Below are positions 43,603 through 64,000 of a stretch of 64,000 bases of DNA, one piece after another; within the stretch, counting starts at the first letter, position 1, and the number at the start of each line of letters is the position of its first letter. Source of the stretch: Amoebidium appalachense (Eukaryota > Protista > Ichthyosporea); assembly GCA_963693365.1 (NCBI GenBank), contig CAVNZM010000005.1, positions 12,361,728 through 12,425,727 of the forward strand. The letters are read 5' to 3'. The position numbers and the translations under genes are program-made. Under the pieces are notes generated by a model that was not told where the DNA came from, did not search any database, and saw nothing but the letters and a program-made list of their open reading frames with translations.

Positions 43603-43611
43603 AGTGTGTGT

Positions 43612-43649
<38 letters not shown>

Positions 43650-45646
43650 GATTTGAACGACCGGCAGGATATCGATGGTGTCATGACACTGTGACGTCCG
43701 CATATTGTCACGCCTAGGCTGGTCAGTGCATTATTATATTGATGAATTCGAAACTCATCAAAAATCAAGAAGTCCAGTGTAATTGTACGGTTACACCTCA
43801 GTACCTGGCAGTCAAACTTTATGACTATGTGCCACCTAGTCACATTGTGTTACATACTTCCGGGCTGACAGAGCACCGTCTCGGGACCAACCTGAGTGAC
43901 GGCTGCCCCAGTACCGGGCCACTGTACATCACCACAATTCCTTGGTCACCAGACCACAGTGACTATGCATGTAGTATGTACATCCACAACTTTGTAATTA
44001 TATGGCAGACTCTTCGAACCAGATGACATGTCTGCACTCATGCACATGCATCATGATGCCTTCGGACAGTCCGACTGAATCCGGCGCCAAGGAATCCGAT
44101 CTAGTATACTACTCGACCTTCATCATTCATTGCCACCAGTGCGGCGTCGGGCCGGCGACCCGAGAGATTGAGAGCCCGGCTCACGCCCCGCGCATATATG
44201 CATGCCTCGAGTTATGACCAGCGAGTGTCGAGACATCACTGACCCAGATGGTCACGGTGCTGGGTGAAGTTCAACTTAAGTACTACTTGAAACTCACCAG
44301 GGCCCCTGTACATAATATTAGTTATCTTGCAGGCACTGTCACTGAAGTGCCACCTCGCGATGATCTGTGACGTACTACGGTTACCGTAGTGTACGTTGCA
44401 ATAATTGATGTGGCCATCCCGATCGGATCCGGCCCGAGTCTCACCGGGCCGAGTGCCGCACGCCCTTAATTAATGAACGTTTGTGATCTGAGTTGTGTCA
44501 TACGCCGGCCCTTCATATGCATGATCAAGAAGTATTCGGTACCGCGGAAATTGCATCTGACTTGGGGCGTATACATATGTACATGTACTACTGTGGGCGG
44601 CGGGCAAAGTTTCCCAAGCATTATTATTGTGCAGAGCTAAATAAGTAATCTTGAGCTGCCAGCACTACAAAAAATATAAGTGCACTGCACTGCTATGTAG
44701 CCGCACGGCCGGGTTACGTAATCCTTGGTGCGGGTTTCAAACCCTGAACAACGTCTTCATGTTCACTGAGGTATGTCTTTATTGAACGCTTTTCACACAC
44801 TATTTCATAACCGTTAATTTTACATGTTTGAGGGCTATAATCCCTTCGTTGGCCCAAAGACATTTCAGCTCTTTTGTATATGTACATATGCTGACACCTG
44901 CTATGTAGGGCGTAACTTACGTAAGGTACTATAACCGGACAAGCCCTTCAAGGAAACAAAGCCATGGATACACGTTGACATATCAAGCCCTGGTTGTGAT
45001 GAGCTATCAGCAAATCAATGGGCGTAAATGTTGTCACAAATGGCAAGTGACTCTCTGTAGACCGTCGTTCTGTCACCCACTTGGACAACGAAGTTCTGTT
45101 TGACGTGACACACGAAGCCTACGGTCGTAAGGGTCGTATGCATAGTGCAGGTTTTATGGCACATAAAGATGAAAGCAGGCCCAGTCTAGACGTAGCACCA
45201 TGGCGGGGTCAGAAGCAGCTTTCGAAAGGAGAGGCATAATAGATTTCGAGAGCAAACACACAGCACCACATGGGGACAATGGTTTGGCCGTGGCTGAGCG
45301 AGGATCAAGGCCTCCCTAGTTGCATCTAAGAGGACTCGGCGAGGAAGAAAGTCAGTGTAGCTGAAAACTAATCCAGAGCCTGTCTGAAAATGGTTCGGTT
45401 TACTGTAGGGACATTTATGGCGTCACTGTCACTTTGACGGGGCGTCTAAGTGCGGGCCTGTGGCACGAACCATCTACTCAAGCCGGGGCACCCACACTGG
45501 TAAGGCCCATATAGCCTTTTGGTGCTAACACACCCCTGCCTATCTGTGTCTCCTCTCTCACATTCTCTTCCCCCTTTATCACCTCTCTTCCTAGCCGTCT
45601 GAATTTTACCACCCACAATCACTGGGTAAATAAGGAGAACACATCG

Positions 45647-45718
<72 letters not shown>

Positions 45719-46279
45719 ACACACACACACCCATTCCACCAACTCGCACTATCTAGCGCTATCTCGCCCGTCCTGCCTCGATGTATGCACACACACGCAC
45801 ACACCACTCCCCCCCATCACACCAGCGGTTCTATCTCCTGCAGCTTGTTGCACTAAGCTTGCACCAGTGTTTTGAGCACAGTCAGTCACCCTCACCTCTA
45901 ACGCAACACACCTGGTCTATACCGATAACCCCTTAGGGGTCTCTTGGACCTCAGCTTCCCCTTACCACGTTTCCCGATTCACTTATTCTTCCCTCCCCTT
46001 CATCTTTAAGAAAAGATAGCATAGAACTCAGTTGAGTGGAAACAAACCTCAGGGTCCATAAACACCACTCTCTCTCTTTCCCTCCCCCCTCCCCTCCTTC
46101 CGCCACTCCCGGATCCCTATATGGAGTCCGACCATACGAGCACACATGTACACACACACACACAAACACACACGCGCGCACGCCCACACACACACACACA
46201 CACACACATACACACACACACACACACTTACAGTCGCAAACACACACAAGCACACACAGAGAGACAAAGTCAACACACA

Positions 46280-46329
<50 letters not shown>

Positions 46330-46378
46330 AAATGCACACACGGACACACATAAACATGCACTCCCACGCGCAAGCACT

Positions 46379-46412
<34 letters not shown>

Positions 46413-46747
46413 ACAGACGCACGGACGCCTGGTTTCATACAGGTACAAAACATGCAGGCACCGCACGAAATGCAAACACACACTCAAACGCGTACACCCA
46501 CGCGCGCGCGCGCACGACGCAGCGCGCGCGACGCACATGTCCTTGCTTTAGAACAGTGTTTCCCTCTTTGTTTCTTTTGGCTTTAACTCCTGTACTTTGC
46601 TTTTATCCACCCGTTTCTGCTCGACTCGCCGATTTCTCTCTGCTCCCTCCCTCCCACTCTCCCTCCCTCCTTCCCTCCCACCCACCCACCCACCCACCCA
46701 CCCACCCACCCACCCACCCACCCACCCTCCCTCCCTCCCTCCCTCCC

Positions 46748-46805
<58 letters not shown>

Positions 46806-47126
46806 TCTCCCACTCCCTCCCTCCCTCCCTCCCTCCCCCTCTCTCTCTCTGCGTCCCTCCCTGCCTCCCTCCCTCCCTCCCTCCCTCCCTCCCACCTTCC
46901 CTCCCTCCCTCCCTTCCTCTCCCTCTCTCCCTCTCTGTCTGTCTCTGTCTCTCTCCCTCTCTCTCTCTCTCTAGCGCGCGCTCTCTCTCTTGCTCTCCCC
47001 CCCTCCCCCCTCGCTCTCTATCTCTCTCTCTTGGCTCCCTCCCCACCCTGCCTCCCTCACTCCGTCTCTCCCTTTGTCCCTCCCTTGGTCCCTTCCTCCT
47101 ACACAATTGTCCCTCCCCTCCCCCAG

Positions 47127-47181
<55 letters not shown>

Positions 47182-48024
47182 ACCCCCACCCCCACCCCGC
47201 CCGCCCCCCTCCTCCCACCCCCTTCCCTCACCTCAAAAGAGCGAACACCAGAGACTCGACACACGTTTTACACTTCGATCCCTCAATGCTACTCTGCCCA
47301 TTTCTTTCTTATCACTTTTGGGCGTTATTCCGTCGTAATCCTTCTTTCTCCCACATCTTTTCATACCGGTCAACTGGCTGCTTTGTCCTCCTTTCGCTGG
47401 AACACTCTCTTCCTCTCTCTCAACTTTCCTCTTACTTCGTTTCCCACAGTCAGCCACCCACGTGCATTCAGCTCATTTAAGTGAGTGATATATTCTTACT
47501 CGTTGCTCCCTACACTCCCTCTCTCCCCTGTGCCGCCACCTCTTTCCGTCTCTCTCTTCCCCCCTCGTCTTAGCTCTCCCCATTTCTCCCATGCGACTCG
47601 GCTCTTTCCAAAAACACATGTGGCAAATACTCGTTTGCGACATCTGGTGACGTAACGCCCTTTCCCGAGAGTCCAATCATGTGCAACCTTACAGCGGTGA
47701 GACGTAGATTTAGTGCACTTGTATGATTGATAGAAAGATAGGTTTATAAATTTTTTGAATGTTTAATTTGTTTGTGGGGATACGAACTTGGGCGCATTGC
47801 TGATTTATTATCATCCATGATGATAAGCGACTTATGATTTGGCTCAGCTTGCCCACGGTGCTCACGCGTACCGCCAGAGGAGTGTAGAGGAGTGTCGAAT
47901 TGCAACACGAACAGTTTCTCAGTTCAAAAGCAACCACCTTACCACATATCGCTGAAAAAGTCAAGTCTGCTACCAAACGAAAAGAACACAACCTATTTTG
48001 TTGTTTATAGCTTCTGTAGTAACC

Positions 48025-49105
48025 ATGGCGTCTTCTGGCCACATCACCGTCTCCTTTGAGGCCGACATCACGGAAATGACGGGGGGTTCGTACGGTGCCA
48101 TTGAAGTCTGTGTGGCCACAGATGTGACCTACCGGAACAAGTGGGCCATCAAGCGACAGCAAGGCAACAGGGCCAACCTGCAGCACGGGGCCAGGCACAA
48201 CTCCAGTCTAGAGCGCGAGTTTAAGATTGCGGCGGGGCTGGGCTTGGGCCATCCCAACCTGCTGCTGCCAAGGGCCTATGTCAGGTCGTGGGAGGCCAAG
48301 CCGGGCGGGCACAGCATACCTGTGAGTGTTCGTGACTGCGTGCATCACCTAGAATTTCGTGAAAATGGTCAGGGTTGGTCGCCACTATCCACACACAACT
48401 ACACTTCACATCCCCATCAATGCTCCCTCTCTTCCCCCCCCCCCCCCCCCCCCCACCACCACCACCACCACCACCATCACCCCCCCCCCCCCCCCCCCTT
48501 TCCACCAATCAGATGCCGGCTGCACAGTCATGTGCAAGCACTGGCCAATCACCTCGAGTCCATCCGAGCACTCGCTATCCGATTGGAGTGCCTCGAGCGA
48601 TACGAGCCAAGTGATCTGATTGGTCACCACACGATGTTGGAATTTATCGAGGATGACGTGAAGGATATGAGGGTGCAGCTGGACACAATTCAGGATGTGT
48701 GTGAAAGAGAGGTGGACTGGTGGGGCATAATGTGCGTGGTTTCATAGGCAAAGAACACCCCCCCACCCTCCCTTTTCCCCCCATATATGCCACAGATGTG
48801 CTGTTGCAAACATACAAGTACAGAACATGCAACAAAAAGAAACCATGCAGCAGAACAAGAAGAGGGGGCGCGGGGGGAGGGGGGGAGGGGGGGGGGGGGG
48901 AGACTTTAAAAAAAATATTGTGCAGGGTGCAGGTGGGATGTATGGTGACTTCATGTTACTGTGTTTGCTAGGATATCGATCTCTCCCCCACTTCACTTTC
49001 CCCCCATCCCCCCATCCCCCCCCCCCCCCCCCCCCCCCCCCCATCCCCCGCTCTGGTAGTGTGTGCCATTGTATACTCATATCCGTCCCCTTTCCCCCCA
49101 GACAT

Positions 49106-49149
<44 letters not shown>

Positions 49150-49171
49150 ACGCACACGCACACGCACACGC

Positions 49172-49208
<37 letters not shown>

Positions 49209-49340
49209 GACGTGCAAGACATGCAGATCATCATCAACGATCACACGGCCATGCCCCCTGCCGGTTTCCAATGGGCACTTGACCTGACCACTGCCCTCAG
49301 CCCTCATGCTAAAAAAATGTTGGCCGACTTGACGTGGGTT

Positions 49341-49417
<77 letters not shown>

Positions 49418-49572
49418 AAAAAAGAAAGAAAAAAGAAAAAGAAGGAAGGAAGCAAGAAACAAAGAAAGAAAAGAAAGGGAAACGAAAAGAGGAAGACAAC
49501 GATGGCTCTGTATACTCAGGGACCACCAATTGGTGACTGGCCTGCATTCCCGTATCTCTTCTCATGCCAGAA

Positions 49573-49607
<35 letters not shown>

Positions 49608-50966
49608 CCCACCCTTCCCCTTCCGGCCATTTTTGCTACGGCAGACTTGGCTACCCATTTTGCATATGGGTGACCGGGGAGGGGAAGATTTGTTTTTTTT
49701 TTTTTTTTTTTTTTTGGGGGGGGGGGGGGGGGGTAGGAAAGTCGTGTATTGTCTTTAAGGGCTATTGGAGTGTTCTGATTGGCCAATGGCACACAGACCG
49801 CTGCCAGCCGACAGTGATGATTGGGCGGATGGAGACGAGTGGACGACTCTAGCAACAACGTGTGCACTGGCAAATGGGCCCCGCCACGGTGGAGGGTGAG
49901 TGACCCCAAACGAACACACGTGCCTGCCTACCCCTGGGTTCACACATCTTATTCCATCCTCTCACTGTTCCTCGCATGTATTTATCCTGGGACACCCCCC
50001 CCCCCCCCCCCCCAAAGTTATGTGCTCCTCTATCCCTTCTTATTTGCTCTTTTCATGTTCCAGCCCTTATATTCCTATGTAACCGATTCTGCCCTCTCCC
50101 TGTCTTGTTGGCTTCAAGTAAATCATTGCACTGTGGTGGTTGGAATACTGTGTTCTGATTGGCTGATCATGATTGTAATCAGGATGGTGTTTGCTGAGAG
50201 CAATGGGACAGAGAGATCTGCTTGCATGTCCAGCCCAGCAACCAATCAAAATGAGGCACATGAGAACAAGGGCTCAGCTGCCACCATTCAAGCCCACCCC
50301 CCAAGGTAGCACATGTGATGCTCTTGTTGGGTGCCGAAAATAATTCAAAGCCAAGGCACCCACCCACCTAGCACACACACCTGCAGGCACACACACATGC
50401 ACAGGCACCCGCATGCGAACACACACACACACATGAATCTATGCACACGCGCGCGCACGCACACACACACACACACACACGCACACACAGACAGACACAC
50501 ACATGCGCGCGCACACACACACACGCACACACAGAGACACACATTGACCCCTTGCACTCACCCGTAGGTTCTCTGCCGAGTCTGCTTCCGAGTCGGAATC
50601 TGAAGATGAAGATGGCACGGAGGAAAACCCGCTGACCATGCTAAGGTGGCCCTCCCTGCCCTGCCTCTCTCTCACTCACTCCCTCCATCCCTCCCCCCCC
50701 CCTCCCCCCTCCCCCTCCCCCCTCCTCCTAATCCTCCCCGTGTGCCCCTCCCCCTCTCCTCCCCTCTCCATTCCACTCCATTTCGATTGACCTGGAACCC
50801 CCTCCCCCCCAGTCTGCCGCTATGTGTGCCTGCATGCTTTGTGCACAGTCCTGCCTGCCCCTCACTCCTCCTCTCAAACTTTAAAGTTGAGCCACTCAAC
50901 GCGGTCACTGGTGTCTCGCTCTAACCGCTACCCCCACCCTCCACCTCTCCCTCTCCCGCCACTCGG

Positions 50967-51007
<41 letters not shown>

Positions 51008-52065
51008 ACACACACACACAGAAACAGCGACAGTGAGCCTGATTCGGGCTCTGATGGGGATGAGGACGACCCATTCAGCAAAAATCTCCGTGCCCTGAAA
51101 AGGTAAATGAATGCTGGCATAGAGCAAGGGGGTAGGGACAGAGTAGAGTGTAAGAGGTTGAGGGAGAAAATCTGCAGATTAAGGCAGGCAGCAAAAGTGA
51201 GAGCAAGCACACAGCAACCTTTTGAAAACATATACTGACAATTAATTGCTGCAGACATGAAGAGGAGAAGAAGCAGTCAGACAGCAAGAGAAAACATGAG
51301 GACGAAGAGGAGGAGGAGACAGGCAGAAAGAGGCGGTGTGAGGGGGAGGAGGGCACAAGCAGGTATGTGCCCACGCAGTGCTTGTATGTCTTAGTGTGGT
51401 ACATATTGCAGTGCCGTGTGCTTGTATGTCTCAGTGTGGTACATATTGCAGTGCAGTGTGCTTGTATGTCTTAGTGTGGTACATATTGCAGTGCAGTGTG
51501 CTTGTATGTCTTAGTGTGGTACATATTGCAGTGCAGTGTGCTTGTATGTCTCAGTGTGGTACATATTGCAGTGCAGTGTGCACGTGCAGCACGGTGTGCT
51601 GCAATCTCATTGGCTGGTGCCAGTCACGTGACCTGCACGTGCTCACACGACCTCCCCCAGAGTCCTGCCTTCACTCAGGCGCCCAGCCGTCGACACACCC
51701 CTTCACAACAAATCGGCCGCCAAGCGCCAAAGGTTTGCCCCCCCCTCCCCCCCTCCCCACAACCACGTCTCCCCCTCCCCGAAAAAAAAACAACTCCAGC
51801 AACCACCCTATCTGCACGGTTTTGTTTTCTTTTGCTCTCACATTTTCTGATTGGTTATTTTTTTCTGTTGCTCGCTGGGAACTCAACCTGGTTCGCCAAT
51901 CAAATCCTCCCATGCATACCAGCAACCAATCACATTCCTACCAGCAACCAATCACATGCCTACCAGTGCCCACCTTGCTGACCGTGAGCCACCCCCATCC
52001 AGGCTCTCATTAGTGACGATTGAGCCAGTCTGACCTGATGCCGACAGCCACATGCCATAGTAGGA

Positions 52066-52125
<60 letters not shown>

Positions 52126-52131
52126 CCCGAC

Positions 52132-52176
<45 letters not shown>

Positions 52177-52286
52177 AGGTCAAATTTCAATCTATTGAGA
52201 TGAGCTTCAAGCAAAATCTCAAAGAAAGAAAAACAAAAACGCCAAAGCCCGACCCCTCCTCCCCCCCCTTCCCCCCCCCCCCCTTC

Positions 52287-52328
<42 letters not shown>

Positions 52329-52651
52329 TCCACACACATACAATCGCGGGCCAACTGCCATGTCTGTTACTTTCTATTGTCAATGCCCCCACGTGTTCAT
52401 TCTTTGTTGTCTCTTGCTTTTTTTTGTCATCTAGACCAACCCGCCCCCCTCCCCTTACCCCCCTGCAGCTGGGCGCAAGCACACCTCCCCCCCCCCCCAG
52501 TGCATCTGCCGTGCACCGACACAGCCACGGCCCTTTGCCTGGCCACAGCACCCCCCCAGCCACCAAGGCACTGCCCACCCACCGACGGAGGCCACCCAGC
52601 CAGCCCCTGCCAGCCACAAAGCAGATGCGGCCCCGAGGGAGAGGTCGGTAG

Positions 52652-52694
<43 letters not shown>

Positions 52695-53098
52695 ACCCAA
52701 CAAAAAAGAAAAAGAAAAGAAAAAAAAATCACATGGCATATCGGCTAGTTAGACTTGGGTTTCTTTGGCAGTGTAATGTCCAAGCATATTTGTTCTTTAG
52801 TGGAACATTAGTCCTTGGTACACCCCCCAGCCAAATTATTTAATGGTAGCAATGATTGGGTGTCAGCAAAAGGGAAGTAGAACGAATCGATCGATCACGT
52901 GCTCTGAGTGGTTGACGCTCAGCACCCCCAAATGACTCCTTCGTGCCCCCTGATCTCGTTCTTACACTTTCTCCCCGCCCACACATTCACACACGAACGC
53001 ATGCACGCACGCACGCAAACATGCATCCACACATGCACGCACTAGCACCCACACACGTGCGCGCATGCAGAAGCACACGCATGTGCACGCACACGCAC

Positions 53099-53171
<73 letters not shown>

Positions 53172-53177
53172 AAGTAG
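48025..53177 (+). CDS. Orphan protein (~435 aa model): protein-kinase N-lobe fragment fused to a helical segment and an acidic/basic low-complexity tail
   Basis: aaccATGg start. Exon 1 encodes GGSYGAIEV...WAIKR...LEREFKIA...HPNLL (Gly-loop, VAIK Lys, alphaC Glu). Proposed exons 48025-48284, 48513-48719, 49208-49333, 49797-49895, 50183-50305, 50568-50645, 51022-51102, 51255-51362, 51661-51732, 52501-52647 and 53171-53177 are all GT-AG and open in one frame. No HRD-x-K-x-x-N or DFG motif was found. Confidence 0.55.
51378..51580. repeat. Intronic minisatellite, 40-bp unit x5
   Basis: cttgtatgtc(t/c)agtgtggtacatattgcagtgcagtgtg recurs at 51381, 51421, 51461, 51501 and 51541 with no spacers. Confidence 0.92.
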
Positions 53178-54301
53178 CTGCAGTGCTCCACCTGCAAGCA
53201 ATAACTTGCAGGGGGCCATATCCGGGGCTCTGTGTGAGCCAATGGGTCTGTGGCCCATTTGGGTGACGGCGGGTGGTGGGACTCTTCTGCCTTTCTTTTC
53301 GCTTTGGTGGTCCGTCTCTCCTCTCTATCCTGCATCGTGTGCTGTGTCCGTGTTGCCTTGCCTGCCTGCCTGCCTGCCTGCCTGCCCTCATGTTTGTGTG
53401 TGATGCCTTTGTGTCTGCATCTTTGAATGTAGACTGCTGGCTCTCACAACACACACACCCCGCTAGTTGCACCTAGGGCCCACCCACATGCATAAACACC
53501 CTAGAGCACACACACACACACACACCACTAGGTGCATATGCCTCCACGCCACATGCACATGCTCGTGCACGCCACATGCATTACACGCCTGCCCACCCAC
53601 ATGCACATGCACATGCACACCCACGGGCCACCCCCTCTTGCTTTTTCTTTTTCCGTCCCCCCCGTCACGATCCCACCGGTGTGGCCCGGAGGCGCAGCCC
53701 TCTGCCGGGAGAGAACCCATCACCCCAGACTATCACCAGAGGGCAAGGCCCCTGGGGGGTTTGGGGGGTTGGTTGGCAGCGAATGAAAACTGAGGCTGGT
53801 GATGGTAGGATACCTCCCCTCCCCCCCCCCCCCCCCCTCCCTCCTCCCCCCCCCCCCCCCCCCCCCCCCCCCGCCCCTTTCCAAGTACCCCCTTTTGCCT
53901 TCTCATGAACCTGTATTATGTTCTTCCAAAGCTTTGCCCTTTTCTCCCTCTCCCCTATAATCGATGTCCCAAGAATACAAACAAGGGCACCCTGTACCTC
54001 CCTATCCCTCGTGCTCTCTCTCTCTTTCTCCCCCTGTGTGCCTGACATGCAGCCAATCAAATGGAGGTGGGCACGTGTGCGGTGTGGGGCCAAGATGCCT
54101 CTGGCTGTGTGCATGGGAGGGGATGAATTCTTGCGGCTGGGGGGCTGGTTGCTGGCTTATGGGCTGTGGGGCAGAGTCACAGGATAGAAATCTCACAATC
54201 TATGATCTGTCCCCCCCTATCCCCCCCTTCCCTTTCTCCCCGATAACATGCATTCACACAGACACAGAAACATATACCACACACACACGTGCGCGCGCGC
54301 G

Positions 54302-54369
<68 letters not shown>

Positions 54370-54980
54370 CCGATGTCGTGTGGATGTGCAGGACCCTTCG
54401 TCGGTGGTGTGGAGGGCTGCTTCCGATCTTGAGCCCAGGCGGTGTGTGCCCTTTTCAAAGCCCCCCAGTCCCACCCCTCATCCCCCCGCCCTGTTTTTTT
54501 TCCTCCCTCTCTTACTTCTCTTTCCTTTTTTTGTGGGTGCTTCCGTTCACCAAGAAAGGAGGGGGGGGGGGGGGGGGGGGGGGGGGGAAGGAGGGAGGGT
54601 TGTGGGGGAGGGAGGGGGAAGGAGAAGGAGGGGGGGACCACACATGCTCTTGCACTAGGCACGGTTTACCCTTTGCCCATCAGTTATATCTTCTGCACGT
54701 CATTCTTTGCCCTCTTCCTTAGCCCCACTATGCTCCTCTCTCCCTTTCTTCTTCTCCGGTGTCGAGCTTTCGCCAAACATAGGGGTGTGCTATATTCGTT
54801 TGTGGGTGTGGGCCGTGCTTGGAACTGCAGATCATTTTGCATTGTGTTCTTGCGTCTTGGTGCTTTTTTTTTGTTTGTTTGTTTGTTTGTTTGTTTGTGT
54901 GTTTGTCTGTTTGTTTGTTTTTTACTGTTTTTTGGTGGTTTGGTGGTTTTGGTGGTGGTGGTGGTGGTGGTGATGGTGGT

Positions 54981-55016
<36 letters not shown>

Positions 55017-55018
55017 GT

Positions 55019-55049
<31 letters not shown>

Positions 55050-55629
55050 AGAAAGGGGGGAAAAAACGATACAGCATAAGGATGCCATAATGGATGTGTG
55101 TAGGTGTGTGTAACATATATAAAGCATTTGAGTTGTGGGATCCGGATGGTGTCCTCTGTAGCAGCACATATAATAGTTACTATTGGTGTGCATACGGCAT
55201 GTGTATAGGTAGATTATATAGTGTGTGTGTGTGTGTATGTACTGTAAAAAAAAGCAAAAAAAAAAAAAAAAAAAAGGGGGGGTTTGTACAAGTAGATTTT
55301 ATCAGTGTGTGTATATTCAAATTGTCTGTATTATATGCATAAGTAGATTGTTTGATTTGTGTATAAGCAGATTGCATAACTTGTACAAGTAGATTGTATC
55401 GATTTATAAAACTAAAAAAAAAAAAGTAGGAATATTGACGATATGTGTGTATTGTAACGCGGGGTTGGACAAAAAAAAATAAAAATGGGGCACTGCCCCG
55501 CCAAAAAAAAAAAGTTAAAATGGAAACGTCTATTATTATACTACTGTTCACTTCTTGGGTGTGTCCTAGAGTGCTGTGATCAGTGTACGCAAGCACGTGT
55601 GTGTGTCTGTCTTTGCATGCATGCAAGTG

Positions 55630-55721
<92 letters not shown>

Positions 55722-55760
55722 TGTTTGTGATGTATGTGTGTGTGTGTTTGTGTGTGTGTT

Positions 55761-55806
<46 letters not shown>

Positions 55807-55839
55807 TGATGTATGTGTGTGTGTGTGTGTGTGTGTGTT

Positions 55840-55873
<34 letters not shown>

Positions 55874-56696
55874 TGTTTGTGATGTATGTGTGTGTGTGTG
55901 TACACGTGTGGGTGGCCACGGTACATGGTGGCGGAAGGTGACTTCATCGATGCACAGTGCTGGTCGTGCCGTTCCTAGAATCTTCCAAGTAGTAGTTTTC
56001 TCGTTTAATGCATATGCAGCGTTTTATGCGGAAGCCCCCCCCCCCAACCTCTAAATTGCTCTAGAGAGAGGTGTGTTGCACTGGGTGAGGTCCCCGGAGG
56101 GGGGGGGGGGGGGGGGACTGCACAGGGCATGAACATTATGCAACATGTGTCAACTTGATGATTGGTTGTAGGCACATAACGGGTATGCTGGGGGTGCACG
56201 TAGCCAGCCAGATTAGGCGAGATGCTCAGTTTTTTATATTTAGGGTCAAAATCCATATATGGGCATCAGTCTCAAACAAAGTGTTGACTGCACCCGTTCA
56301 TTTACTTTACTGTTGATCGAGCCGCCCGCTGAGTTGCAGCATTACAGGCTCAGTCTGTGCAGCATATAGAAATAAAAGAATGTGACTTCAAGCCAATCAG
56401 GTAGGGTTCTGTATTTCACTGCTCTGCTATGAATCACCATTACCATTCAACATGACTCCATGTTGTGTATCACTAGGGCTACTGAAAAACTGTATTGGAA
56501 TGTACATGTTTCCACCAAAAAATTCTACCAATTATAAGTATGTATTCTTCAACATATGTATACAACCACGAATCAACGTCATCAAAAAGGCACGGATGTG
56601 TGTGCATAAATGTTCTCGTAACCGTGTGTGTGTGTGGGTGCGCGCGAGTGTGTGTGTGTGTGCGCTCGAGTGTGTGTGTGTGCGCGAGTGTGTGTG

Positions 56697-56737
<41 letters not shown>

Positions 56738-56881
56738 ATGTGTGTTTGTACATGTCCTTGCAATGTATGCAGGGCCAGCCTGCCACCACACGCAGCTGTG
56801 TCTGTCTACCTACAAGCGTCTGTGCATGCATGCGTGTGCCTAAGCATACAAGTGCATGTATCTGTGCACATCTCCAGATAT

Positions 56882-63204
<6,323 letters not shown>

Positions 63205-63512
63205 CTGCCCACGAAATTACCGTCAGTGGGGGTTCCATGGGAATAACCGCCCGGATGGGTGGGTGCCTCGTAGTGTGGGGTGGGCAAGGTGGTATCTTTT
63301 TCTTCTCCTCCTCCTCCTTCCTTTCAATTTTCCTGATTTTGTTCTCTTTTTGCCCCTTTATATTCTAACTTTCTTACCGATTTCTATGCTCTCTCTCTCT
63401 TTTCTTTCGTTTCTTCTCGTTCTCGTCCTTTCGTCTCCCCCTTTTTCATGCTTTCTTTCTTTCTTTTTCCTTTCTTTTTTTTGTTGCTGTAGTTGAAAGG
63501 AGAAGGGGGAGA

Positions 63513-63544
<32 letters not shown>

Positions 63545-64000
63545 AACCATCGGCATGAACAGATGAACATCTTCACTCTAAAAAAGATCAAGGTTGTGTG
63601 CGTGTGTTGAGCACCCACGCGCACCTGTGCATGTAGGTGTTTGGGTGGGTGATAGGTGTGTTGGTGTTTAGGGGGGAGAGAGGGGGGCCCCGGGACCCCC
63701 GGCGGCAGGAGGGGGGGGGAGGGGGGGGGAGGGGGGAACTGAAATCTACAGTTCAGCGTATAGGCCAATTCTTCATAAAACCTAACTAGTAAGCCCGTGG
63801 ACAGAGAGGAAAAAATAACCGCCTTCCCAACACCGTGTTTCCTTTCCGTAAAACGAGTGGGGAGGGAGAGGGATTGTGCTGATACTAAGAAAACCAGGCC
63901 GAGGGTCATCCAATCATGCGCTTTGAATACTAACCTTCCCGAGGCCGTCTGAACGTTGAGTGTCGTTGATGTATGTGTTGTGTGTGTGTGTGTGTGTGTG

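Noticed and set aside
49202-49245. [11 protein letters not shown] as a kinase catalytic loop
   Set aside because: The His-Arg comes from intronic CA repeat and the acceptor. The Lys/Asn residues and a downstream DFG are absent.
51378-51580. CRISPR-like periodicity of 40 bp
   Set aside because: The units are contiguous with no unique spacers, there are no cas genes, and the array lies in a eukaryotic intron.

Overview
Eukaryotic genomic DNA with spliceosomal introns that are saturated with poly(C)/poly(G) homopolymers and (CA)n/(GT)n, (GCGT)n and (CT)n microsatellites. Nearly all long ORFs in the supplied track are translations of these repeats. Splicing by hand recovers six genes: a PRL/PTP4A-type phosphatase (+, ~83-5711), a small intronless single-TM ORF (+, 7994-8245), a divergent SAPS-like protein (+, 9827-24562), a full-length ABCB1/P-glycoprotein (+, 27577-43096), an orphan gene starting with a protein-kinase N-lobe (+, 48025-~53177), and a 5'-incomplete AADAT/ARO8-type aminotransferase (-, 56882->63204). 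The most interesting non-coding signals are: (1) a dispersed family of 5'-truncated elements ending in a poly(C) tail and sitting in intronic C-runs; (2) a hAT-type MITE with an exact 8-bp TSD in the ABCB1 promoter; (3) recurrent tandem duplications of splice junctions; (4) (CA)n/C-rich acceptor regions in place of a U-rich polypyrimidine tract; (5) ten consecutive phase-2 introns in the orphan gene. No CRISPR, rRNA or intact tRNA was found. All gene models are manual, with no database search, and homopolymer lengths may be affected by assembly error.
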